The position numbers and the translations under genes were made by a program. Shown here piece by piece: positions 32,001 to 40,253 of a DNA stretch of 64,000 nucleotides. The stretch spans positions 640,001 to 704,000 of the forward strand of contig OY759353.1 of the NCBI GenBank assembly GCA_963662315.1. The letters run 5' to 3'. How positions within the stretch are numbered: the first letter of the stretch is position 1; the number at the start of each line of letters is the position of its first letter. A model generated the notes under the pieces. The model made no database searches. It saw nothing but the letters and a program-made list of their open reading frames with translations, and was not told the DNA's origin. The DNA is from Geopsychrobacteraceae bacterium (GTDB lineage: Bacteria; Desulfobacterota; Desulfuromonadia; Desulfuromonadales; Geopsychrobacteraceae).

Positions 32001-32105
32001 GCGGTTATTTATGGACTGGCCTTTGCAACGCTGCTGACCCTGATTGTTGTACCAGTTCTCTACTCATTGGCGCACTCCGCCAAGACGCGTCTGCGGGGTG
32101 CCTGA
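29019..32105 (+). CDS. RND efflux permease (AcrB family)
   Basis: GMLVDNAIVVVEN, VVNNAIVLID and RFRPVMLT; about 1030 aa. Confidence 0.95.
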   Translation: MLIANAAIDRRSTVFALMLIIVIVGIYSYVVLPRESTPDITIPYVLVVTPYEGVSPGDIESLITHPIERKLKGLKDVEEIRSVSAEGSSMITIEFVPDIDIDNALQRVRDKVDQAKGDLPTDLENDPSILEINLSEFPILMVSVSGAVSETVLKAVGEELEDRIEEISGVLDVVVSGAREREVRVEFDPDRLYAYRIPLSEVIRSIRAENVNIPGGSIDIGSGKYLLRVPGEFTDPAEIDNLVLTQRDGKAIYFKDVAKIVDTFEDRQSISRLNGERSITLAIKKRTGANIISVADQVFGLLAVAQDQLPPGVDLAVTLNQSKDIRRMVSELENNIISGLILVVVVLFLFLGFRNSFFVALAIPFSMLISFAVLQLLGMTLNMVVLFSLILALGMLVDNAIVVVENTFRHMQEGHSGIDAAKIAAGEVGWPVISSTVTTLCAFFPMIFWPGIMGEFMKFLPQTLIITLTASLFVALVINPTMCGHFMSLSKKDLNAHRDTSRVIKFYGASLEFALNHRFLVVLASVVLLISISAFYFVLGHGIELFPDIQPNRAYVEIKAPEGTNLQTSNELAEVVEKFALEEKDIRFVISEVGTSSNDQGGNAMQSNLSKVTLDFHERDDRKEDSRTVLDRLRKAVAPLAGAEFKVEKQEEGPPTGPPVSVEISGDDIDVLADLVNDARVRIKDVSGLVDLKDDLAKAKPEIRIDVDREKASLLGLSTAEISEMVKAAIGGTKLGVYREGEDEYDIIARLPEARRQSVADIQNLLIPAGDGSPVPLSTVASIRIAAGFGAIRHIDQKRVVTISADTYGRNSNEVLLDVQKRLAGLHLPAGYQVNYSGEQEEQQKASAFLGKAFVAAILLIMLVLITQFNSFLQTLIVMSSVVLSLTGVFLGLMITATPFGIIMTGIGIISLAGVVVNNAIVLIDYINQLIKEGLEVKSALIRAGIVRFRPVMLTAATTILGLLPMALGVSFNFKSFVWEIGGESADWWGPMAVAVIYGLAFATLLTLIVVPVLYSLAHSAKTRLRGA

Positions 32106-32314
32106 ATTATTTTTCCGGTTATGCTATTCTGTCTGAAAAAAAAGGAATATATCGGCAGTTTAGGGTGTCTTTTGAATTTGACAAGGGGAAGGGCTTAGGG
32201 TAGAAGATTTCTCGTAAGACAGCTTTCTCCAGGCCCCGCACAGGTAACGCCGCTTCTGTCCATATGGTGTTTTCGGGGCCGAGTACTCCTATTTCAATGA
32301 AAGGTTTTGTTGTT

Positions 32315-33505
32315 ATGTTTGAGAAGGTCGAACTTGCTCCATCCGATCCTATACTTGGCTTGAGTGAATTATTTAAAGCAGATACTAATCCTGAAAAGAT
32401 CAATCTTGTGGTTGGGGTTTATCAGGATAACACCGGGAAAACACCGGTTCTCGATTCTGTCAAAGAAGCTGAAAAACGGATTCTCGCCAAAGAAGATTCC
32501 AAAGGCTATCTGCCTATGACCGGCGATCCTGTCTACTGTGCCATGACCCAGGAGCTCGTCTTTGGTGAAGGGCATGAAATCATCACCAGCAAACGTGCTG
32601 CTACGGCACAGTGTCCTGGCGGTACCGGCGCTTTGCGGGTTGCCGGTGATTACCTTAAAGTCTTGCATCCCGGCGCCAAAGTCTGGTTGAGTGACCCGAC
32701 CTGGGCTAATCACAATACCATTTTCCAGGCTGCCGGTGTTGCTACGGCAAAGTATGCCTACCGTGACGCCAAAACCAATGGGCTCGATTTCGATGCCATG
32801 ATTGCTTCGATCCAGAATATTCCGGCCGGAGACGTTGTTCTTCTGCATGGCTGCTGCCATAACCCGACAGGGATCGACCCGACGCCTGAGCAGTGGGCCA
32901 AAATTGGTGAAGTTCTTGCTGAGCGCGGCATTTTGCCACTGGTTGACTTTGCTTATCATGGTCTGGCCGACGGTATTGACGAAGATCGTCAGGGTCTGCT
33001 TGAGCTGGCTAAAAAAGTCAAGCAGATGTTGGTTTGCTCCAGCTATTCAAAGAACTTTGGCCTGTATCGCGAGCGTACCGGGGCGTTGACTCTGGTGGCT
33101 GATAATGCAGAGCAGGCTGCTGTTGTCATGAGCCAGGTCAAACTGAGAATTCGTTACATTTATTCGAATCCGCCGTCTCATGGTGGGCAGATTGTCGCGA
33201 CAATCCTCAGCGATAAAGATCTGAAGGCGCAGTGGATTGAAGAAGTGGCCGCTATTCGTAATCGTATTAATGAAATGCGCCATCTGTTTGTCAAAACGCT
33301 CAAAGACAAAGGGGTGGATCGGGACTTCAGCTCAATTATCGAACAGCGTGGCATGTTCAGCTTCTCCGGGCTGACCAAAGAGCAGGTGCTGAGACTGCGT
33401 GACGAATTTTCTATTTACATTGTCGATTCCGGTCGCATCAATGTTGCCGGTATTACCACGGCAAATATTGATCGTCTGTGTGAATCGATTAAGGCAGTGC
33501 TGTAA
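32315..33505 (+). CDS. aspC: Aspartate/aromatic amino acid aminotransferase
   Basis: Motifs DPILGL, GGTGALR, HGCCHNPTG, SYSKNFGLY (PLP Lys) and SGRINVAG. Confidence 0.93.
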   Translation: MFEKVELAPSDPILGLSELFKADTNPEKINLVVGVYQDNTGKTPVLDSVKEAEKRILAKEDSKGYLPMTGDPVYCAMTQELVFGEGHEIITSKRAATAQCPGGTGALRVAGDYLKVLHPGAKVWLSDPTWANHNTIFQAAGVATAKYAYRDAKTNGLDFDAMIASIQNIPAGDVVLLHGCCHNPTGIDPTPEQWAKIGEVLAERGILPLVDFAYHGLADGIDEDRQGLLELAKKVKQMLVCSSYSKNFGLYRERTGALTLVADNAEQAAVVMSQVKLRIRYIYSNPPSHGGQIVATILSDKDLKAQWIEEVAAIRNRINEMRHLFVKTLKDKGVDRDFSSIIEQRGMFSFSGLTKEQVLRLRDEFSIYIVDSGRINVAGITTANIDRLCESIKAVL

Positions 33506-33670
33506 TAACCTGAGTAATATCTGAATATTGTCGGCCCTGATACGCTAGATTGCGTTCAGGGCCGGTTGTATGTTTGCGACTTTACGTGTCTTTCAATTTT
33601 TACGAAAAAAAGTTTATATTTTCCCTTGACGGGGTCATTATTCTTTGTTAGAAAGTGCATCTCTTTTTGA

Positions 33671-33745
33671 TGGGGCGTCGCCAAGCGGTAAGGCACCGGA
33701 TTTTGATTCCGGCATTCCCAGGTTCGAATCCTGGCGCCCCAGCCA
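33671..33745 (+). tRNA. tRNA-Gln(TTG)
   Basis: TGGGGCG/CGCCCCA acceptor stem, anticodon arm CCGGA-TTTTGAT-TCCGG, GGTTCGAATCC and CCA end. Confidence 0.97.
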
Positions 33746-33851
33746 CTCTTTAAAAATCATCATTTCAGGATTCGAACAAAGCGAACACTGATTTGATGTG
33801 AAATATGACAGTCATGTATATAGTTTGACGTCGCCCTGAGGGGTGTCGACG

Positions 33852-33883
33852 AAAAGGATGAAGTTACCAACTTCATCCTTTTT
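33852..33883 (+). terminator. Intrinsic terminator downstream of tRNA-Gln
   Basis: Perfect stem AAAAGGATGAAGTT-acc-AACTTCATCCTTTT. Confidence 0.8.
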
Positions 33884-33968
33884 ACGTTTTGGCTTGTTGC
33901 AGAAAATTGAGGTACGGGTTAATTTTAATGATATTTGTTACGTTACCTTTCAGAAACGGACATATTTC

Positions 33969-34922
33969 ATGACGATTGAGACCCTGACGGAGAGTCCTGC
34001 TGAGTTCAGCTTCTGGTTGCCTGAAGACGGTTATTCCTTGGTCATCGGACCGGAAGAGCCGGATTTGGTGGTTCCCTCAGTTCCCCTTCCCATAAAAATT
34101 CAAGACTTCAACGCGGCTACTACGCCGGGCCTGAAAGCAATTGGCGATGGGCTGTATGAGTATCTTTGTCAGTACCCCGATTGTGACCATGGCGCTGAGT
34201 ATGCGACTATCCTGAAGCAGGCTTATCCTTTTTTATACAGTGATATCGCCGCCCAATTAATTGTTCTCGATGTCAAAGGGGCTGACGTTGAGGGGACCCG
34301 GCGTAAGCTGGCATTGCTGAAAATCCTGCTGTATACCGAACCGGATAACTTCGGTTTGTTGTTCAAGACCGGGGTCGCCTGTTATGACCTTGCCTTGTGT
34401 TATTCAGTCATTTCCGACGTTGACAGCTATATTAACCAGGCGCGCGTCTTTTTTGAGCGCGCCCGCAAACTCAATGCGACAGACTCTGCCAACCTGAATT
34501 ATCTGGGTCAGGTCTGTTATCTTCAGGGGCGCTATCATCAGGCCAAGATTTATTGGCAGTCTGTCGTTCAGGCCCTTGATGATCAGACTACCGCGTCGAG
34601 GCTAAGGTATTTTCTAAACAAAATTGACGTTGGGGATATTCCTGTTGCGCCACTGGTTGACAGCCTGCGTGCGGTGGCAGATGCTCTTGCCTATTATGAA
34701 GCTGGTCACTATGGCGAGGCGCTGCGTCTGATGGAGCTGCTTGTTCGGGACGGCTCGTTGATGAATGAGCTGCCAAACCCTGAGTTTTATTATTTGCTCG
34801 GCATCTGTCGCGAAAAATGCCACAATACGGCCGAGGCCAGGGATGCATTTGACCGTGCTTTACTGCTGGACCCCGAGCATCAACTGGCAAAAGACGCTCT
34901 GTTACGAATCGATAGACATTGA
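33969..34922 (+). CDS. Tetratricopeptide-repeat protein
   Basis: TPR-like helices (NYLGQVCYLQGRYHQAKIYW; YYLLGICREK...ALLLDPEH). Confidence 0.8.
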   Translation: MTIETLTESPAEFSFWLPEDGYSLVIGPEEPDLVVPSVPLPIKIQDFNAATTPGLKAIGDGLYEYLCQYPDCDHGAEYATILKQAYPFLYSDIAAQLIVLDVKGADVEGTRRKLALLKILLYTEPDNFGLLFKTGVACYDLALCYSVISDVDSYINQARVFFERARKLNATDSANLNYLGQVCYLQGRYHQAKIYWQSVVQALDDQTTASRLRYFLNKIDVGDIPVAPLVDSLRAVADALAYYEAGHYGEALRLMELLVRDGSLMNELPNPEFYYLLGICREKCHNTAEARDAFDRALLLDPEHQLAKDALLRIDRH

Positions 34923-34932
34923 GGTTACCCAT

Positions 34933-35094
34933 ATGGAATCCATTACTTTTGCAGATATCCTGTTCACTGTTATTGTGCTGGCGGTTACCTTCGGTATCCT
35001 GTATTTGGTCAATAAGGCCAAAAATAAAAAAACTGACAGTCAAAATCAAGACCCTGGCGCGGCTGATAAAAGTAGTGAAGAAACATCTTCTTAA
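34933..35094 (+). CDS. Small single-TM protein (53 aa)
   Basis: GAGG RBS at 34921; a hydrophobic helix followed by KAKNKK and a polar tail. Confidence 0.65.
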   Translation: MESITFADILFTVIVLAVTFGILYLVNKAKNKKTDSQNQDPGAADKSSEETSS

Positions 35095-35178
35095 TGCCAG
35101 CGGGCTTTCCTCTTCCATGAATAAGGTTTATTTCTTTTTACAGGTTTGCTTCGGCAAACCTTTTTTATTGTGACCGCG

Positions 35179-36432
35179 ATGGAACCGACACAAAAAATCA
35201 CTCACTTCATCAAAACCAACAGCTTGCTGCAAAGTTTTGTCCGCATGACCTCTGCCGGGCACTTCTGGCTGGTTGGCGGCTCTATCCGTGACCTGCTGTT
35301 GGGTCGGGTTCCTGATGATATTGATATTGCCTGTGATCACGACCCGACAGCACTTGCCAAGGCATGGGCGCGGAACATATCGGGAAGTTGGTTCTGGCTC
35401 GATAAAGATCGCTGTCAGAGCCGGGTTGTGACTCCGCATGGCGATACCTACGATTTTTCCCCATTGCGAGCGGCTTCTATAGTGGAAGATCTGCACTTGC
35501 GCGATTTCACCATGAATGCGCTCGCTTTTCCTTTGCTGAAAGAGTCAGCAGGGCAGGGGCAGGAATTGCTTGATCCCTTGCACGGGTATAGGGACCTGCA
35601 GGGCAGGGTTTTACGCCAGTGCCATGAACTGTCTTTTGTGCAGGACCCGTTGCGGATGCTGAAGGGGATTCGCCATATGGTCAGCCTGGGGCTGACCATT
35701 GACCCAGAGGTGTTGCAAGGCCTGAAGACCCACCATGGTTTAATTGCCCCTGTCGCAGGTGAACGCATTCAGACCGAACTGGAAGCGATATTAGAGTCAG
35801 ATGAGGTGCAGACCGGGGTCAGGCTTCTGGTGGAAAGTTCTTTGCTTGAAAGTATTTTTGCGTGCCCTGAGTATCATGATGCTCCCGAGGCTCTGGCTGC
35901 AGCTGTGGCGGACTTTCATCACTACGTCCATACCTATAGTGGGGTTGATGCGTTCGCACTGGTGCTGGCTTATCTTCTAAGTCGCTTTGAGGTCGCTGAT
36001 GTGACAGCAATTGTCCGCAACCGGCTTAAACTGAGCAAAAAGAGACAGATATCGATCAGTCAACTATTAGGCGGAGAGATCTCTGTAGGTGCCGGAATAG
36101 TTGCTGTTCACACTTTGTCTGTGCGCCAAAAGGCCCTGGTTTTCGAGCGTGTTCAACCCGCCGCTGGGGAGAAACTCGTTTGGTGGAATTATGCTCAGCG
36201 TGCTGTGTCGCCTGAGGATATAGCGGATTTGGCCGATGCTTTTGCTGCCGTTCAATGTTTCGGCAAGGTTCCTCATCTGTTGTCGGGGGATGACATTATC
36301 GCTTTGGCAGGCAGCCAGGCGGGCCGGAATATCGGTGTTTTGCAGGCGGCGCTCAAAGCTGCTGAAATGACCGGTAAAATTCAAACCAGGGAAGATGCTA
36401 TAGATTGGCTCAGGCTGCAAAATATAGATTGA
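35179..36432 (+). CDS. Class II tRNA nucleotidyltransferase, probably CC-adding
   Basis: Motifs VGGSIRD, DIDIA, EDLHLRDFTMNA, DPLHGYRDL, DPLRMLK and ERIQTEL. Confidence 0.85.
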   Translation: MEPTQKITHFIKTNSLLQSFVRMTSAGHFWLVGGSIRDLLLGRVPDDIDIACDHDPTALAKAWARNISGSWFWLDKDRCQSRVVTPHGDTYDFSPLRAASIVEDLHLRDFTMNALAFPLLKESAGQGQELLDPLHGYRDLQGRVLRQCHELSFVQDPLRMLKGIRHMVSLGLTIDPEVLQGLKTHHGLIAPVAGERIQTELEAILESDEVQTGVRLLVESSLLESIFACPEYHDAPEALAAAVADFHHYVHTYSGVDAFALVLAYLLSRFEVADVTAIVRNRLKLSKKRQISISQLLGGEISVGAGIVAVHTLSVRQKALVFERVQPAAGEKLVWWNYAQRAVSPEDIADLADAFAAVQCFGKVPHLLSGDDIIALAGSQAGRNIGVLQAALKAAEMTGKIQTREDAIDWLRLQNID

Positions 36433-36458
36433 CAATTTGAAAGCGAGATTACTATACT
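36429..36458 (+). promoter_or_regulatory. sigma70 promoter of tRNA-Gly
   Basis: TTGACA-18 nt-TATACT, 12 nt before the tRNA. Confidence 0.7.
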
Positions 36459-36470
36459 GCGCCCACCAAT

Positions 36471-36546
36471 GCGGGAGTAACTCAGTTGGTAGAGTATCAG
36501 CTTCCCAAGCTGAGAGTCGCGGGTTCGAATCCCGTTTCCCGCTCCA
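36471..36546 (+). tRNA. tRNA-Gly(CCC)
   Basis: GCGGGAG/TTCCCGC acceptor stem, anticodon arm TCAGC-TTCCCAA-GCTGA and TCCA end. Confidence 0.97.
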
Positions 36547-36552
36547 AATTTC

Positions 36553-36590
36553 GCCCCGTAAGTCTTCGGATTTGCGGGGCTTTTTGTTTT
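36553..36590 (+). terminator. Intrinsic terminator after tRNA-Gly
   Basis: GCCCCGTAAGTC-TTCG-GATTTGCGGGGC followed by a T run. Confidence 0.85.
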
Positions 36591-36604
36591 CTATATTGAT
36601 TAAC

Positions 36605-36676
36605 GGGTCTACACCAAACAAAGGGGCAGGTCATTTTATCGGGTCTACACCAAACAAAGGGGCAGGTCATTTTATC
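36605..36676 (+). repeat. Perfect 36-bp tandem duplication of the ISL3 terminus
   Basis: GGGTCTACACCAAACAAAGGGGCAGGTCATTTTATC at 36605-36640 and 36641-36676. Confidence 0.95.
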
Positions 36677-36707
36677 CCGCCATAAATCTGATAAAATTTG
36701 CTAATTT

Positions 36708-37883
36708 CTACCCGCACAATACCTTTACGCGCAACCTGTAATTCTCAAAATTTCTAAAGCCGTATGCTCGCCGTTGAATCAACTTCATCTTACGGTGAAA
36801 ACCTTCCACAATTCCATTGCTCCGATAATACCGAAACATACAGGCTATAGGTTCTAACCAGCTGGTCAGCGTTTTCCCCAATGTTTGCATTGGTCGAAAA
36901 GGACTACTCTTTAATATGTCGATCTTGTTTAATAAATCTCGAATAAGAGATCTACAGGCGCTGGGGTCTTTTCCTTTATTGCGACACAGATTCGCTAGAT
37001 CCTGACAAAACAGCCACAGGTTTTTGATCACGGGCTGTTGCTCGAAATACTGGAAAAGCTTTTGCTGTTTTCTTTCCGACAACGACTCTCTTTTCGTGCA
37101 CATAGCTCTTATAAGCCCGCCTCGGCCCCAGGCAAGATTCTCTTCATCAATCAGCTTGCACGTTTTGGCAAAGTGCTGATTGATCAGTTTGATAACATGA
37201 AACCTGTCCGTCACGATTTTCGCGTTTGGAAACCACTGTCTCACCATGGCCCGATAAGGCGCATGCATATCCATGCAGACCATTTCAACGCGTTTGCGGC
37301 CTTTTAATGATTGCAAAAAGGGCTGTAGCTCTTGTTCGCTGCGGCCAGGGACGATATCAAATACACTGTGTTTTTCAAGATTGCAAAAGGTCGTCACAAA
37401 ACCAACCTTTTTAGTGAATCGATGCTCATCGATACCGATAATTCGCGGGCATTGACGGTTCTTCTGGTGGTTGATCTTATGCACAACACGCTGATGGTAG
37501 TATCTTTCAATCGTTGCGACACTGACACCACTTTCCGCTGCCGCATCCTTGTTGGAATAGCCCCTGCGACAGCGAGTAAAGACGTTATTCTTCAGAGGCT
37601 CAGTTGAGCGACTCCACTTTCCAATGCCATTCATGCGGGTATTAAAGTACCGCCCACAGTGTTGGCAATGATATTTATGGCAATAGACAAGAAGAGTGAC
37701 GGGAGCTCCTTGTTGTGGAATGCTTCTAATTTCCCGCCAGAAACTATCTTTGATGCGCTTTCCCGCTGTTCCGCACCTCGGGCATAAGGTGCTCTTGTTG
37801 TAAGCAACCTCAAGCTTAGTCGGTCGTAAGCTGAGGACCTTTTTAATTGAAAAATCAGTCAGTCCAGTCAATAATCTATCCAT
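36708..37883 (-). CDS. ISL3-family transposase
   Basis: CPRC...CQHC zinc finger, IGIDE, CMDM, DRFHV and SNGIVEG..RRAYGFRNFENYRLR. Confidence 0.95.
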   Translation of the reverse strand: MDRLLTGLTDFSIKKVLSLRPTKLEVAYNKSTLCPRCGTAGKRIKDSFWREIRSIPQQGAPVTLLVYCHKYHCQHCGRYFNTRMNGIGKWSRSTEPLKNNVFTRCRRGYSNKDAAAESGVSVATIERYYHQRVVHKINHQKNRQCPRIIGIDEHRFTKKVGFVTTFCNLEKHSVFDIVPGRSEQELQPFLQSLKGRKRVEMVCMDMHAPYRAMVRQWFPNAKIVTDRFHVIKLINQHFAKTCKLIDEENLAWGRGGLIRAMCTKRESLSERKQQKLFQYFEQQPVIKNLWLFCQDLANLCRNKGKDPSACRSLIRDLLNKIDILKSSPFRPMQTLGKTLTSWLEPIACMFRYYRSNGIVEGFHRKMKLIQRRAYGFRNFENYRLRVKVLCG

Positions 37884-38072
37884 AGATTGATCTTCTTTCT
37901 TTGGTCGGAAATTTGATCAATTTATGGGGCATGTCGAAATTCTTTGGTATGCCTTTTTTCTGTCGGATTATTTAACTGCCCCTGTCTTTGAGGGAGAGCC
38001 GATTTCGATTTTTTCAGGACCGACTAACTATCTGAAATCACTAGTGTAAGCCATGGGTGGCTGTAAGCCATA

Positions 38073-39101
38073 AGGGTCAGCCCTTGACTCGGGACAATTC
38101 CTCCAAGGCGAGAGACAGTCCCCTGTGATCCTGCAGTCGCTTCCCAAATCGCTGGCATATTTTCGCAACCGCCGAATAAACTTAAGCCGTCAAACATTTC
38201 CCCGATCTCCCTGTTGGCAGCAGCCGTCTGCCGTTTCAGCAGATAGATCGCCATATCTCGTGCGTGGCGATATTCTTTCTTGTTCAAATCCTGCGGACTG
38301 CAACCGTGGTGTGCACAAACTCGCCGGATAATATCCTCAACCCGATTTCCGGCCTGCAAGGACTTGCGATACGAAACGTCTTCTCGCTCCACCTGGTCAG
38401 CGGACAATCTCTGTAAAACCTCGCGGACGAAATGTTCTCTACCCAAAACGAAGCCACCGTAAAGTTTTTCCAGGGGACTCACCGTTCCCCCTTCAAGGGC
38501 CGATTCGACATATTCGCGGTATTTGCCAACGGCTTTGGTACTGTCGTCTGTCAACAATGCCAGAACCTCTTTCCGACAGACCAAATCGTCTGCGCTTTGA
38601 CCGATGTAACTGCCATAGCTGCTGTGTGGATACTCCTCAGGTAGCTCCTTGATCCCAGCTATGACGGGGTTCAGATGAATATAGCGACTGAGTTCCAGCA
38701 GGTAATTGTCTCGGTCCACGACAATCGATTTGTAACGCCCTTGGAACAGATGTCCACTGCGCTTAAGCTTGACGTTGATGTAGGTGGTGTACGAGCCGTT
38801 CAGGTAATGCATCACCTTGGAAAGATTCGCTTCCCGCGTTTCAAGCAGTAGATGATAATGATTCCCCATCAGCACGTAAGCATGGAGCACACAGCCGAAG
38901 CGCTCGCAAGCAATCCCAAGATATTCCTTGAACCGCGCGTAATCCCGCTGTGAAACAAATATTTTCTTGCGCTCATTCCCTCGGGACGGGACGTGATAGA
39001 GCGCTCCGGCTAATTCAATCCGTAATGGTCTGGATCTCGTCCCCCCTCCCTTTGGAATAGGCGAGCCACCTCAAATTTGTCCCATGTCAAGGGCTGACCC
39101 T
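38073..39101 (-). mobile_element. IR-bounded RAYT-like (HUH/Y1 tyrosine transposase) unit
   Basis: 25-bp inverted repeats at 38073-38097 and 39077-39101 (23/25 match) enclose the transposase pseudogene. Confidence 0.75.
38077..39037 (-). pseudogene. RAYT-like tyrosine transposase with C-terminal HTH; start codon lost and one frameshift
   Basis: Reads SRPLRIELAGALYHVPSRGNER with no ATG after the GGAGG, then LMGNHYHL, GHLFQGRY and YIHLNPV. An extra base near 38179 breaks ...GLS-YSAVAK...LSRVKG*. Confidence 0.85.
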
Positions 39102-39107
39102 GTTACT

Positions 39108-39407
39108 TCATAGATGACGCGCTGAGGCTAGCAGATAGGCTTCGTCCATAGGGAAAGAAGCAAAGTGTTCTTGCCACAGATGCCCCCGCCAACCTGTTTC
39201 ACCTGTTGGTACAGCAATTAAATGAGCATGATTCGGCATGAGACACCAAGCCCAGATATCCACATGGTATTTAGCACACCAATGAGACATCAGGTCGATA
39301 TAGATCTGATAATCCTCTTCGCAAAAAAATGTAGTCTGCCCCCGGTTGCCTCGCTGCGTTACATGATGGGGCAAACCGGGCGCAATAACTCGTGCTATCC
39401 TCGCCAT
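39108..39407 (-). pseudogene. Second RAYT-like tyrosine transposase, internally deleted and truncated
   Basis: MARIARVIAPGLPHHVTQRGN, CLMPNHAHL and GHLWQ. The helix between LIAVP and GWRGHLWQ appears missing, and it stops before the catalytic Y..NP motif. Confidence 0.85.
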
Positions 39408-39516
39408 AAGAAAAAGACTATCAGTCAACAAGACTTTGTCAAAGATCTACATACCGTCCCCGGAACTCCCGTATTTTATTGTTAATAGATTGATATAAAA
39501 TTATGCGTCTTAAGGT

Positions 39517-39609
39517 TGTCGAAATTCTTTACAATATGTGAGGAATTTTTCGACATATGTTGTAAATATCTATAATTTCGTGTGCTTTCCATTTGGTATG
39601 ATATTTGTA
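39517..39609 (+). promoter_or_regulatory. sigma54 promoter with tandem enhancer-like sites upstream of the PEP-CTERM gene
   Basis: TGTCGAAATTCTTTACA (39517-39533), TGAGGAATTTTTCGACA (39539-39555), and TGGTATG-ATAT-TTGT (39594-39608) as the -24/-12 box. Confidence 0.72.
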
Positions 39610-39656
39610 TGAATGAATATGACAGCTGAGATTAATTACTTTAAAGGAGGAGTTTC

Positions 39657-40235
39657 ATGACTAGGATTTGCAAATACTTAATTGTTTTTTCATTTTTACT
39701 TCTGTTAATACCAATTCAATCATTCGCCTTTCCTATCGCATCAACGGGGGAGGGATTATCTGTTTACGTAACCTCTACAGAAGATGTAATTGCTACATAT
39801 CAAGGTAATTCAGCGAGTTACAGTAATGATTTGTATTTAGCAAATATTGGTGCATTTATATTTAACAATCATGCTACGCCAATCGGAACTACATATAATT
39901 TAGGGTCATTTGCAATTGGAACTGAGCTTGTATTTTATATCCATGTTAATCCCACGGGGTATGATTTCTACACTGGTGATGCAAGCCGTAATCCTGATAA
40001 CCATGTACACGCACGTGTAGACACAAGTTGGGCTGGGAATGCTACCTTAGTAAGTTTCGAGGATCTCTTCAATGGCCCATTTGTTTTTAATGATCTGAGT
40101 TTTTCTTTTACTAATACTACTGGCAGCATTACGCCTCCTGTCGTAGGTCCAGAGCCTGTTCCAGAACCATCCACAGTTTTACTGCTAGGCTCTGGATTAG
40201 TAGGTTTATGCTTTTTGAAACGTAAGAAAAAATAA
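39657..40235 (+). CDS. PEP-CTERM exosortase-substrate surface protein
   Basis: AAGGAGG RBS, signal peptide, SFEDL..FNDLSF motif, C-terminal VPEPSTVLLLGSGLVGLCFLKRKKK. Confidence 0.95.
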   Translation: MTRICKYLIVFSFLLLLIPIQSFAFPIASTGEGLSVYVTSTEDVIATYQGNSASYSNDLYLANIGAFIFNNHATPIGTTYNLGSFAIGTELVFYIHVNPTGYDFYTGDASRNPDNHVHARVDTSWAGNATLVSFEDLFNGPFVFNDLSFSFTNTTGSITPPVVGPEPVPEPSTVLLLGSGLVGLCFLKRKKK

Positions 40236-40253
40236 GCCTGATTTTATTGTAAT

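Larger units (their letters stand above)
36605..38000 (-). mobile_element. ISL3-family insertion sequence
   Basis: Ends are GGCTCTCCCTCAAAGACAGGGGCAG (reverse complement, from 38000) and GGGTCTACACCAAACAAAGGGGCAG (36605 and 36641), 19/25 identical. They enclose an ISL3 transposase. Confidence 0.88.

Noticed and set aside
36605..36676. 36-bp direct repeats as a mini CRISPR array
   Set aside because: There is no spacer between the copies and no cas genes. The unit matches the opposite ISL3 end, so it is an IS terminus.
38024..38890. Treating the 288-aa ORF as an intact transposase
   Set aside because: The homologous N-terminus lies upstream without a start codon, and the C-terminal tail is out of frame.
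37932..39530. Identical 14-mer TGTCGAAATTCTTT in the ISL3 leader (37932) and the PEP-CTERM enhancer (39517)
   Set aside because: Several 14-bp matches are expected by chance in 64 kb, and the flanks are unrelated.
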